From positions 14,587 through 78,586 of the forward strand of contig JAUXNQ010000066.1 of assembly GCA_030682715.1 (NCBI GenBank): a stretch of DNA of 64,000 nt. The letters run 5' to 3'. Numbering within the stretch: position 1 is the first letter of the stretch; each line of letters begins with the position of its first letter. The DNA is from Methylotenera sp. GTDB lineage: Bacteria; Pseudomonadota; Gammaproteobacteria; Burkholderiales; Methylophilaceae. Below the pieces are notes generated by a model. The model had not been told where the DNA came from. It ran no database searches and saw only the letters and a list, made by a program, of their open reading frames with translations. Shown here piece by piece: positions 1 through 8,846 of this stretch. The position numbers were made by a program, and so were the translations under genes.

Positions 1-75
1 AGGTTATTGATGTAGCTTAATTATGAGGAATCTCACTTATTAGGAATATCAATTAGTGTGATATTCCCACATAGC

Positions 76-285
76 TTAACCAACCAAACCGTAACCAGCG
101 TTTTTCACAGCCGATTTAAGCTGCTCTGGGGAAGTTAAGTTCTCGTTGTATTGAACCTGAGTATCACCAGTTGATAAGTCCACCTGCACTGCATCAACAC
201 CATTAATAGATTTCAGCGCACGCGTTAAACTATTTACGCATCCACCACATGTCATGCCAGTTACTTTTATAAGTTCTGTTTTCAT
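76..285 (-). CDS. copZ: HMA-domain copper chaperone (CopZ-like)
   Basis: 69 aa with GMTCGGC (GMxCxxC) motif; last gene of the copper operon. Confidence 0.88.
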   Translation of the reverse strand: MKTELIKVTGMTCGGCVNSLTRALKSINGVDAVQVDLSTGDTQVQYNENLTSPEQLKSAVKNAGYGLVG

Positions 286-302
286 AATAACTCTCCTTAA
301 AT

Positions 303-884
303 TTAGTGTGTATGTGGATGCAGGGAATGCTCATGAACTTGATCCAATGGCACTGCATCCGAATGGGGATGTTCACCCATGCCTGTCGTATTGTCACGGT
401 AGTAACTAGGGCCAACACCATCTTGTGGTGCTGGCAGCGACATCACGCCCAATCCATGCCGGTAGACTAACTCTCCACCATGCCATGCTGTGATGACGAC
501 TATACTCCATGCACCAACCACCGCAATTACAACCCACCAAACAGTGGGTGAATCTATCTTGTTATGCCAGACATCCCAACCAGCCAAAATGATTAAAACT
601 ACCGATGTTCCTAGCGCCCAGTTACGGTGGATTAACATGGCAGCGTGACTTGCATCATCATGGGTTACGCTGTTATAAGCCTGCCATCCAAAAAAAACAG
701 CTGGCAATACTGATAATGCGCTTAGCCATAATAGAGTGCGAGCAAGAACGGCAAAGTTTGTAGACAAGAACTTCTCTCGCGTTACCGTAGCCGCAATATG
801 AAAAAGAGCTGACACCGTGATAAGTGCAATTGGAAAGTGTACTATCGATGGATGCAGATTAGGTATTATTTCAGGCATTTGCAA
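303..884 (-). CDS. DUF2231-family membrane protein with His-rich C-terminal tail
   Basis: N-terminal LHPSIVHFPIAL motif, about 4 hydrophobic helices, HGGELVY motif, tail HPHS...HEHSLHPHTH; overlaps cusA 3' end. Confidence 0.75.
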   Translation of the reverse strand: MQMPEIIPNLHPSIVHFPIALITVSALFHIAATVTREKFLSTNFAVLARTLLWLSALSVLPAVFFGWQAYNSVTHDDASHAAMLIHRNWALGTSVVLIILAGWDVWHNKIDSPTVWWVVIAVVGAWSIVVITAWHGGELVYRHGLGVMSLPAPQDGVGPSYYRDNTTGMGEHPHSDAVPLDQVHEHSLHPHTH

Positions 885-3800
885 CCTCTTTCCTTTGGAG
901 TGATCTTTGTTTCACAAGTGCGTAAATCGCTGGGATTACGATGAGCGTCAGCACAGTGGCGGATACCATACCTCCTACCATAGGGGCAGCGATACGCCGC
1001 ATTAGCTCTGAACCTGTTCCGCTACTCAACATAACTGGAAACAGGCCTACGATACTTCCAGCAACAGTCATCATTACTGGACGTATCCGGTACACTGAGC
1101 CCTGCACCACTGCGGCGTAAATATCCGCTTGGGTGAGTTGCTCGCTCGCTGCTTCACGCTTTGCTTTGATCTCTTCAAGAGCCTGATTTAGATATACCAA
1201 CATCACCATGCTGGTTTCGGCTCCAATACCGATTAAACCAATGAAACCTACTGCCGCCGCTATGCTCAGGTTGTAATCAAGCCAATACATCAGCCAGACG
1301 CCCCCGACCACGGAGAAAGGTACAGACAGCATTACCATCAGAGTCTCGCTAAAACGATTGAAATTCAAATATAGAAGTACGAATACAATCAGGATGGTGA
1401 TTGGTAATACGACCTTCAACTTTTCAATGGCGCGCTGCATGTACTCAAATTGGCCGCTCCAACTGATGTAATAGCCAGGAGGAAACTTAACCTGTTCACG
1501 AACTGCTTTTTGCGCGTCGGCAACATAACTACCAATATCTCGATCACGAATATCAACAAAAATATATGCTGACAGCAACGCGTTCTCAGTACGTATGCTT
1601 GGCGGACCTTTAACCAGCTTAACCTGTGCAAGTTGCCCAAGCGGTATCATCGCGGCTCCCATGGTTGGCACCAGCACCTGCGTGGCAATTGCCTGCGGAT
1701 CACTTCTCATGTCTCGAGGGTAGCGCACGTTAACGCCAAAGCGCTCGCGACCTTCCACCGTAGTAGTGACCATTTCACCACCTAGCGCCACCGAAACCAC
1801 ATCCAAAAGATCACCAACAGCCAATCCATAGCGAGATAGTGCCTCTCGGTCTGGAACTACATCCAAATAGTATCCGCCAGTAATACGTTCGGCATAGGCG
1901 CTTGTTGTTCCAGGTACTGTTTTAACAACGGCCTCAATCTGTTTAGCGAGAATTTCCATCTCGGTCAGATCCTTACCGAACACTTTGATACCAATCGGTG
2001 TTCGTATACCAGTGGATAGCATATCAGTTCTAGCCTTAATTGGCATAGTCCAGGCGTTACTTACCCCAGGCATTTGAACCGCTTTATCAAGCTCATCAAT
2101 TAACTTGTCGATAGTCATGCCGGGGCGCCACTGATCTTCAGGTTTGAGGTTGATAATAGTCTCAGCCATCTCCAAAGGTGCAGGGTCGGTAGCAGTATTT
2201 GCCCGCCCCGCCTTGCCGAAGACAGACTCCACCTCAGGAAAGCTTTTGATAATCTTATCCTGTGTCTGCAACAGTTCCGCTGCCTTAGTGACAGAAATGC
2301 TTGGCAATGTCGACGGCATGAAAAGCAGCGTGCCTTCATTCAAGGTCGGCATAAATTCCGTACCCAGTTTGAGCGCTGGATAAGCAGTCACCCCAAGCAA
2401 TGCAATTGCTGATAGGACGATAAAACCTTTCCATCGCATCACCCAGAACATTACTGGCCTATACAACCAAATCATCACGCGCACTAATGGATTGTTCTGT
2501 TCGGATGGAATTCGCCCACGAACCAGCAGCAATATCAACACTGGTACCAGCGTAATCGAAAGCAAAGCAGCGCCAGCCATAGCTAATGTTTTCGTATAGG
2601 CAAGAGGCAGAAACATCCGTCCTTCTTGAGCCTCCAGTGTAAACACTGGTAGAAACGATACTGTAATAATCAATAAACTGAAGAACAGTGACGGACCAAC
2701 CTCCTGGCATGCTTTAATAATTGCATCTATACGATTCTTGCCAGGTGATAAGCGTTCGAGATGCTTGTGCGAGGTTTCAATCATCACGATTGCTGCATCG
2801 GTCATCTCTGCAATAGCAATGGCAATGCCACCTAAACTCATGATGTTGGAATTTAAGCCCAAGAATCGCATCGCAATGAAGGCAACCAAAACGCCAATCG
2901 GTAGCATTATGATAGCCACAAGCGCACTGCGTACGTGCATAAGAAATACTACGCACACCAATGCAATAATGATGCCCTGTTGGATAAGAGTCTCACTTAG
3001 CGTGCTGATAGCACGATGAATCAACCCTGAACGGTCATACACGGCCTGAATTGAAACACCTTCTGGTAGGCCCGATGAAATCTCGTTGATTTTATTTTTT
3101 AGATTATGAATGACATCAAGTGCATTCTGCCCATGTCGTGCCACGGCGATGCCGCCAACCGCTTCGCCTTCTCCATTTAACTCTGCAATTCCTCTACGCT
3201 CGTCTGGAACCATTTCAACTCGGGCAACATCGCGCAAGAGCACTGGCGTACCCATGTCAGCCTTAACTACCAAAGTCTCAAGGTCGCTAATCCCGCGTAG
3301 ATAGCCCCTACCTCTAACGACATACTCAGTCTCTGCCATCTCAATTGCTCGACCGCCGACATCGCGGTTGCTCATGGCAATGACATTAGAAACTGTCTTG
3401 AGCGATATACCATAAGTCTGCAAACGTTGTGGGTTGACGGTAACCTGATAAGACTTTACAAAACCACCTATACTGGCTATCTCAGCGACTCCATGTGCCT
3501 TGGTCAATTGATAACGGACAAACCAATCTTGAATAGAGCGCAGTTCATCAAGGGTCTTATGCTTGGCTGTAACAACATATTGATAAACCCAACCTACGCC
3601 AGTAGCATCAGGACCTAACGAAGGCGTGATTCCCTTGGGTAATCTTCCCGCAGCAAAATTCAGGTACTCCAGCACACGCGAGCGTGCCCAGTAGATATCA
3701 GTCCCGTCTTCAAAGATGACATACACGAACGAAGCACCGAAGTTGGAAAATCCACGCACGACTTTGGATTTAGGTACCGACAGCATAGCTGTAGTGAGCG

Positions 3801-4002
3801 GGTATGTAACTTGGTCTTCCACTACCTGTGGTGCCTGCCCAGGATATTCCGTATACACGATGACCTGTACATCCGAGAGATCAGGAATCGCGTCGATTGG
3901 CGTGTTGATGACGCTATATATGCCCCAGGCTACGATAAAAAGTGTTCCGAGCAATACTAAAAAAACATGTCGAACTGACCATTCAATTATTTTATTGAGC
4001 AT
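871..4002 (-). CDS. cusA: CusA-type Cu(I)/Ag(I) RND efflux permease
   Basis: DAIPDLSDVQV and LGPDATGVGW motifs; Met-triad equivalents EFMP, PLEM, WTMP. Start reassigned to ATG at 4002 (MLNKIIEWS), 1 nt after the cusB stop; the ORF-track extension to 4131 overlaps cusB. Confidence 0.93.
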   Translation of the reverse strand: MLNKIIEWSVRHVFLVLLGTLFIVAWGIYSVINTPIDAIPDLSDVQVIVYTEYPGQAPQVVEDQVTYPLTTAMLSVPKSKVVRGFSNFGASFVYVIFEDGTDIYWARSRVLEYLNFAAGRLPKGITPSLGPDATGVGWVYQYVVTAKHKTLDELRSIQDWFVRYQLTKAHGVAEIASIGGFVKSYQVTVNPQRLQTYGISLKTVSNVIAMSNRDVGGRAIEMAETEYVVRGRGYLRGISDLETLVVKADMGTPVLLRDVARVEMVPDERRGIAELNGEGEAVGGIAVARHGQNALDVIHNLKNKINEISSGLPEGVSIQAVYDRSGLIHRAISTLSETLIQQGIIIALVCVVFLMHVRSALVAIIMLPIGVLVAFIAMRFLGLNSNIMSLGGIAIAIAEMTDAAIVMIETSHKHLERLSPGKNRIDAIIKACQEVGPSLFFSLLIITVSFLPVFTLEAQEGRMFLPLAYTKTLAMAGAALLSITLVPVLILLLVRGRIPSEQNNPLVRVMIWLYRPVMFWVMRWKGFIVLSAIALLGVTAYPALKLGTEFMPTLNEGTLLFMPSTLPSISVTKAAELLQTQDKIIKSFPEVESVFGKAGRANTATDPAPLEMAETIINLKPEDQWRPGMTIDKLIDELDKAVQMPGVSNAWTMPIKARTDMLSTGIRTPIGIKVFGKDLTEMEILAKQIEAVVKTVPGTTSAYAERITGGYYLDVVPDREALSRYGLAVGDLLDVVSVALGGEMVTTTVEGRERFGVNVRYPRDMRSDPQAIATQVLVPTMGAAMIPLGQLAQVKLVKGPPSIRTENALLSAYIFVDIRDRDIGSYVADAQKAVREQVKFPPGYYISWSGQFEYMQRAIEKLKVVLPITILIVFVLLYLNFNRFSETLMVMLSVPFSVVGGVWLMYWLDYNLSIAAAVGFIGLIGIGAETSMVMLVYLNQALEEIKAKREAASEQLTQADIYAAVVQGSVYRIRPVMMTVAGSIVGLFPVMLSSGTGSELMRRIAAPMVGGMVSATVLTLIVIPAIYALVKQRSLQRKEVANA

Positions 4003-4003
4003 A

Positions 4004-5344
4004 TCAATGCCCCTTGTGTTCAGAATTGACAGTAGGGGTTGCTGGTTTATCGGTCTCGGATTTGTCCTGTTTGCCATGAGCCGAATGCCCGAAGCCTCCA
4101 ATTGCTGCCTTAAGATTACTTTCTGCATCAATCAGGAAATTGGCACTGACAACAACATTCTCTCCTGCACTTAAGCCTTCAATAACTTCAACATATCCAT
4201 TGCCGCGCATGCCGAGCTTGACGTCGCGTGGTTCGAACAGGCCTTCAGCGCGCTGTATTAGCACGATTTGGCGCGTACCGCTATCGAGTACGGCAGAGTC
4301 TGGTACCATTAAAGCATCGGCTTTGCCGTGGCCTGAGACTAATTGTACGGTGGCATACATCTCGGGCTTGAGTATTCCGTTTGGATTGTCGAGTTCGACA
4401 CGTATTTTGGCGGTCCGTGTCTCGGGTGTGACTGTCGGATAGATATAGGAAACTTTGCCAGTTAAAACTTTATCTGGATAAGCATTAACGCTGATATTCA
4501 CCGACTGCCCAACATGCACTAGTGCCAGATCTTGCTCAAACACATCAGCGAGAAGCCAGATTGATGAAAGGTCAGCAATCTTGAATAACGGCTCACCTGG
4601 CATGAAACGTATACCCGCTACTGCCATTTTTTCCAACACAACGCCATTAGCAGGGGAATACAATGTCAGCGTACGAGTTGCCTTACCATCTTTTATCAAG
4701 CGCTGTAACTGGGCATCGGAAATGTCCCAGTTACGGAGACGTTTGAGAGCACTTTCTGCCAATCGGCTGACACCAACCAGCGACTCCTCTGTACCGCTAC
4801 TTAACGATTGGCGACCATTCCAGGCGATCAGGTATTCCTCTTGCGCTGAAACTAATTCTGGGCTGTACACTTCCATCAGCGGCTGTCCGCGTTTTACTGG
4901 CTGACCAGTAGCGTTGACATGAAGCTTTTCAATATAACCCTCAAACTTCGTCGTAACTGTGTGCAGACGTCTTTCATCCAACTGAAACTGGCCAACAGCA
5001 CGCACCGTCTGGACTAATTCACGTAGTGCAGCTGGCTCTGTCCTCACCCCCAACTTCTGCACCTTCTCAGGGCTGATCTTGATTTGACCAGACTGCACTT
5101 CATCACCTTCATAGACTGGAATATAATCCATGCCCATAGAATCTTGTTTAGGTTCAGGTGATGTATCTGACAAACCCATCGGATTGCGATAATAGAGAAT
5201 TTTCTTTGTGGCGGATATAGAAGTGCCCGTTGAGACTTCGGTCGATGACTTGTTTGATTGCTTTAATCCCAACCAGTAACCGCCCCATGTGGCAACAGCA
5301 ATGCCAATTAGCGCTAGTGCAACCCATATTACAGAGCGTTTCAT
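4004..5344 (-). CDS. cusB: CusB-type RND periplasmic adaptor with N-terminal heavy-metal-binding domain
   Basis: YYRNPMG...DSMGMDYIPVY metal domain, GQPLMEVYSPEL and RTAKIRVELDN adaptor motifs. Confidence 0.9.
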   Translation of the reverse strand: MKRSVIWVALALIGIAVATWGGYWLGLKQSNKSSTEVSTGTSISATKKILYYRNPMGLSDTSPEPKQDSMGMDYIPVYEGDEVQSGQIKISPEKVQKLGVRTEPAALRELVQTVRAVGQFQLDERRLHTVTTKFEGYIEKLHVNATGQPVKRGQPLMEVYSPELVSAQEEYLIAWNGRQSLSSGTEESLVGVSRLAESALKRLRNWDISDAQLQRLIKDGKATRTLTLYSPANGVVLEKMAVAGIRFMPGEPLFKIADLSSIWLLADVFEQDLALVHVGQSVNISVNAYPDKVLTGKVSYIYPTVTPETRTAKIRVELDNPNGILKPEMYATVQLVSGHGKADALMVPDSAVLDSGTRQIVLIQRAEGLFEPRDVKLGMRGNGYVEVIEGLSAGENVVVSANFLIDAESNLKAAIGGFGHSAHGKQDKSETDKPATPTVNSEHKGH

Positions 5345-6645
5345 AAATCTTCCCCAATCATTTTTTCAATCTCAGCAAAGCGCATTTCTTGCTCCACTCT
5401 GGCTCTTATTTGGCCTTGTCTCGCAAGTCTTATTGCTTTTTGTGCATCGAGCAGTGTAGCGAAGTCAACCTTGCCATTTTCGTATCCAGCCAATGCCGAG
5501 CGGAAGGTCAACTCTGCTTGTGGGAGTAATGTATAAGTGATCAGCCGCCCTTGTTTTTCTGCTGCCTCGAAAGCTACTAGGTTTTCTTGCAACTCGCCTA
5601 TTACCTGATTCTCCACTCCGTTACGGCGCTCTTTGGCTGCATCCAGCATAGCGGCAGCCTCACTCTCCTGAGATCTACGAGTATCGAACTGGATTGGAAT
5701 ATTGACCTCCACCATCGCCTCCCAGCTACTGATATTGCCACCACGCTGAGTAGGGGCAATGCCAAGCATTAGATCCGGGTAACGATTCTTTTCTATTAAT
5801 CGCTTGTTAGCGTCTGCGGTCAATATTTGTGCTGATTGTGTAGCAAGTAGTGGATTATTTCGTACCACCTTTTCCTGCAGGACCGCAGTATCCAGCTTTT
5901 CTAGCGGTAAACGACGCAACTCTGGTAACGTGGAAAGCGCTGCACTCTGCGTGCGCCCAAGTGTTGCATTAAGGCGTGACTTAGCCTGTTGCTGTTCAGT
6001 TTCCAGAACAATAATTTCGGACTGCAAGGTGGTTTTTTCAACCTGAGCGCGAATCGCATCTTGCTGGGGTACTAAACCACTGGCATAGCGAACGCGAGTG
6101 ACAGATTCAAGATCACTTAGCAAAGTTAAAATATCCTCGTTAAGCTTCTTCAGGCCAATAGCCTGAAAATACTGGGCATAAGCGTTTTTGATACGGGCGT
6201 GGGTTTCGGCAACGCTGATTAGCCTGCGTCCTTTAAACTGCTCAAGCTGTGCAGTAGCCACTTCCCTGCGTAAGTCACGCTTTCCCCAAAGGGGAATGTT
6301 CTGCATTAAAGTGTATTTAGTTCCACTTCCTTTGCCAAAAAAAGGATTAAATCCATCTGGCGCATCTCGTCCTGCAAAATCCATTAACTCGACGCGTAGC
6401 AACGGGTCAGGCAGCGCACCTGCTGGCGCGATTCGCTCGCTCGCTGCATCAGTTTCATATCTCATTGCCGCAAGCTCAGGGTTGTGCGTGTCTGCCCAGT
6501 TCAGTAATTCCTGCACATTGGCACCGATAGCGTTGCTGGAAGGAACGTCTTCCGCCGATGAAAGCCCTGGCAACATGAATGCTACTAAGGTCAGAACGAG
6601 CATTGTTTTTGAATTGTTTATATACATTATCTTACCTGTATTCAT
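5341..6645 (-). CDS. TolC-family outer-membrane efflux protein (CusC role)
   Basis: Signal peptide, HNPEL, ALPDP, YASGLV and YENGKVDFATLL repeats; directly upstream of cusB with ATGA overlap. Confidence 0.88.
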   Translation of the reverse strand: MNTGKIMYINNSKTMLVLTLVAFMLPGLSSAEDVPSSNAIGANVQELLNWADTHNPELAAMRYETDAASERIAPAGALPDPLLRVELMDFAGRDAPDGFNPFFGKGSGTKYTLMQNIPLWGKRDLRREVATAQLEQFKGRRLISVAETHARIKNAYAQYFQAIGLKKLNEDILTLLSDLESVTRVRYASGLVPQQDAIRAQVEKTTLQSEIIVLETEQQQAKSRLNATLGRTQSAALSTLPELRRLPLEKLDTAVLQEKVVRNNPLLATQSAQILTADANKRLIEKNRYPDLMLGIAPTQRGGNISSWEAMVEVNIPIQFDTRRSQESEAAAMLDAAKERRNGVENQVIGELQENLVAFEAAEKQGRLITYTLLPQAELTFRSALAGYENGKVDFATLLDAQKAIRLARQGQIRARVEQEMRFAEIEKMIGEDL

Positions 6646-6686
6646 CTCAATGGCTAGCTCGCTAAGTTGCGGCTAGCCCAGATGCC

Positions 6687-7016
6687 TTATTTAAGCGGTT
6701 TTATTTTTGTAATCAATGGACCGCCACCGTCAACTTTAACGAACTCAAATTCAACCTGATCTCCAACTTTTACCGTATCCAGCAGAGTCTTGTCAGCTAC
6801 GTTAAAAAACATGGTCATACCAGGCCATTGAAGCTCTGGAACAGCGTCATGCTTCAATTTAACCTTGCTTAATGCACCGTCCACGGCAACTACTTCACCT
6901 TTTGCAGAATAACTCTTTTGATTACCTACAGTCTGATGGTGGGCATCGTTGGCGTAGACTGGAGCAGCAACGATACTCAATATCGCTACGAACATGCAAA
7001 TTAATAACTTTTTCAT
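6687..7016 (-). CDS. cusF: CusF periplasmic copper-binding chaperone
   Basis: Signal peptide plus LKHDAVPELQWPGMTMFF (His/Trp/Met/Met site). Confidence 0.9.
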   Translation of the reverse strand: MKKLLICMFVAILSIVAAPVYANDAHHQTVGNQKSYSAKGEVVAVDGALSKVKLKHDAVPELQWPGMTMFFNVADKTLLDTVKVGDQVEFEFVKVDGGGPLITKIKPLK

Positions 7017-7040
7017 TTCTAATGGCCTTTTTATATTAAT

Positions 7041-7070
7041 AACGCTGGGTTGGCATTGCCACCCAGCGTT
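7041..7070. terminator. Intergenic stem-loop between the Met-rich gene and cusF (partial terminator or stabiliser)
   Basis: aacgctgggt / acccagcgtt 10-bp inverted repeat; weak U-tract on the coding strand. Confidence 0.5.
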
Positions 7071-7074
7071 TTAT

Positions 7075-7461
7075 TTAGTGCTTATGCTTATCAGCACTCA
7101 TACATCCCATTTCTTTTTGCATGTGATGTTCTTTCATCATCTGCCCCATCAAGTCATCCATAAGTTTCTGATGCTCATTGATCCAGTCCTCATGCTCCTG
7201 CATTGTCATACCTGACTTCGGTTTCATCTTCTGCATCTTTCCCATGGTGTCACCCATCATTTTCATGTGCTCTTCCATCAGTTTTACTTTCTCAGCCCCA
7301 GTTGCAGCTTCTGCCTCTTTAAGCTTCTGCTTGGCTTTCAAAACTTGTTGAGTCATCTGCCTTTGAAACTCGTCCTTAGCTGCGTTCGCGGATACGGATA
7401 AAAAACTGAGACTACATACAGCAAGTATTGCAATCATTCTATTAATGTTGTGTTTTTTCAT
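7075..7461 (-). CDS. Secreted Met/His-rich helical protein, putative periplasmic Cu(I) binder
   Basis: Start at 7461 (MKKHN) with AGGAG RBS; 27-aa signal peptide ending ANA; mature 101 aa has 17 Met and 7 His by manual count. Confidence 0.75.
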   Translation of the reverse strand: MKKHNINRMIAILAVCSLSFLSVSANAAKDEFQRQMTQQVLKAKQKLKEAEAATGAEKVKLMEEHMKMMGDTMGKMQKMKPKSGMTMQEHEDWINEHQKLMDDLMGQMMKEHHMQKEMGCMSADKHKH

Positions 7462-7774
7462 GATAAATACTCCTAGTTGATAAAAGGTCACTACAGTTTT
7501 GCTTCACGAAGGAACGTCAATGTTATGCACTTGGTTAGCTGTCTATAAAAGACGTGTAAACATTGATACCCTTCGCTCTGCAATTCTTTAGAAGTGGTTC
7601 AGTATGTCGTGAAGGTATCTGTATAGGCGTGAAAAGCCATACGCTAAACCTCGAACGGATATAAAACCACCGCCGGGAATACGTGCCGAAGAAATGAAAG
7701 TGTGTTAGGTACGATCAAATACTCAGATAAGCATCTGAGTTCAAGAGCCGTTTAAAACAAGACGACCTTCGGCA

Positions 7775-8146
7775 CTATGCGAAGGTTTGCCTGGGGGGAT
7801 GAAAAAGTGAGGGTGGAACTGTGTCTGGAACTTCAGATATATCAGTGGAGTACATAGGTAATGTGCCACTAAATTCCAGAGGGGTGTTAAATGGAATAAT
7901 TGCCTGAGCTACGCTTAAATGGCAAGGCAGACACTTGTCACATGTTACATTGTTAGCTGGTTTTGCACTGTCATGGTGATCGCAGTGAGTCATATCGTCC
8001 ATATTGTTCATGTCAGCACCAACCATCATTTGGTGAGGGTCGTGCATTTGACAATTAGGCATAGCCACAGCTGCAATGCCTTCTAAGGGGAGGCATATCA
8101 GCATAACGAAAAGCGTAATGAATTTAATTATTGAAGTATTCACCAA
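7775..8146 (-). CDS. DUF2946/CopL/CzcI-like leader protein (CruR-like upstream ORF)
   Basis: N-terminal hydrophobic segment, His/Met/Cys-rich middle, CDKCLPCH, Pro-rich C-terminus ending HPPRQTFA; heads a metal-efflux operon. Confidence 0.65.
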   Translation of the reverse strand: MVNTSIIKFITLFVMLICLPLEGIAAVAMPNCQMHDPHQMMVGADMNNMDDMTHCDHHDSAKPANNVTCDKCLPCHLSVAQAIIPFNTPLEFSGTLPMYSTDISEVPDTVPPSLFHPPRQTFA

Positions 8147-8262
8147 ACAACTTTACGCCTAAATAAAGTTCTTTGCAATTGCTTGTACGTTCATTACTAG
8201 ATAAAACATAGAAATTTTATATATGCGTCCGTTATTGGCTGATTCCAACAGGGCAGACAACG

Positions 8263-8815
8263 TTACTGACGCGGACTTAACGTAACCACCAAGCCACGGT
8301 CGGTCACTTTCATTTCTTTTGGATAATATTATGTTGTGCCAACCTTAAGCGAATCAGCCTTTACCGTATAAAGATTAAGGCCATTCAATAACTGGCTACC
8401 TAGCATCTTAGCTAGACCTGTCATTGCATCTGCATACTTTGGCTCTACGCCATCAATCACAAAATCATCGACTTCTGCATCGTTTAGAATCACTGAGTTG
8501 CTGACAGTATCTAACTGTAAGTTGCCCGATACTGCTAGCTTCCCTGCCATTTTTTTGCCAGTGAGTTGATTCATTAACTGCGTATCAAATTTTGTATATA
8601 TCCTACCTGTCGCATGGTCAAACTTAACATTTGCATTACTTAAACTAAGATCGAACACTTTGAGCAAAGATAACGGAATCACCAGCTTTTCATTCAGCTT
8701 GGTTTGAATTTGTTGCTCGGAGATATAGACTGTTTTATTTGAGAAACCAGCACAGCCCGATTAAGATGAAAATAATCGGAAATATGAGGCTTAAGAATTT
8801 AGCATTAATCCTCAT
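8263..8815 (-). pseudogene. DUF1439-like lipoprotein pseudogene (one frameshift plus one premature stop)
   Basis: ATG 8815 MRINAKFLSLIFPIIFILI, extra G at 8756-8758 breaks the LIGC lipobox; frame resumes GCAGFSNKTVYISEQQIQ; in-frame TAA at 8329-8331, then YYPKEMKVTDRGLVVTLSPRQ to the stop at 8263. Confidence 0.75.
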
Positions 8816-8846
8816 ATTTCCGCACCTGTAATCACTACAAAGTTAA

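Noticed and set aside
43-67. 9-bp hairpin after copZ as a terminator
   Set aside because: No U-tract on the coding strand; function cannot be supported.
4003-4131. 43-codon N-terminal extension of CusA in the ORF track
   Set aside because: It overlaps the cusB 3' end; the ATG at 4002 gives a normal CusA N-terminus coupled to the cusB stop.
3716-6676. Long + strand ORFs antisense to cusA/cusB/TolC (for example 3716-4174 and 6188-6676)
   Set aside because: Shadow frames of well-supported genes; no motifs or RBS.
8165-8195. Possible sigma54 promoter for the copper leader ORF
   Set aside because: TTGCA is present but the -24 position reads GT, not the invariant GG.
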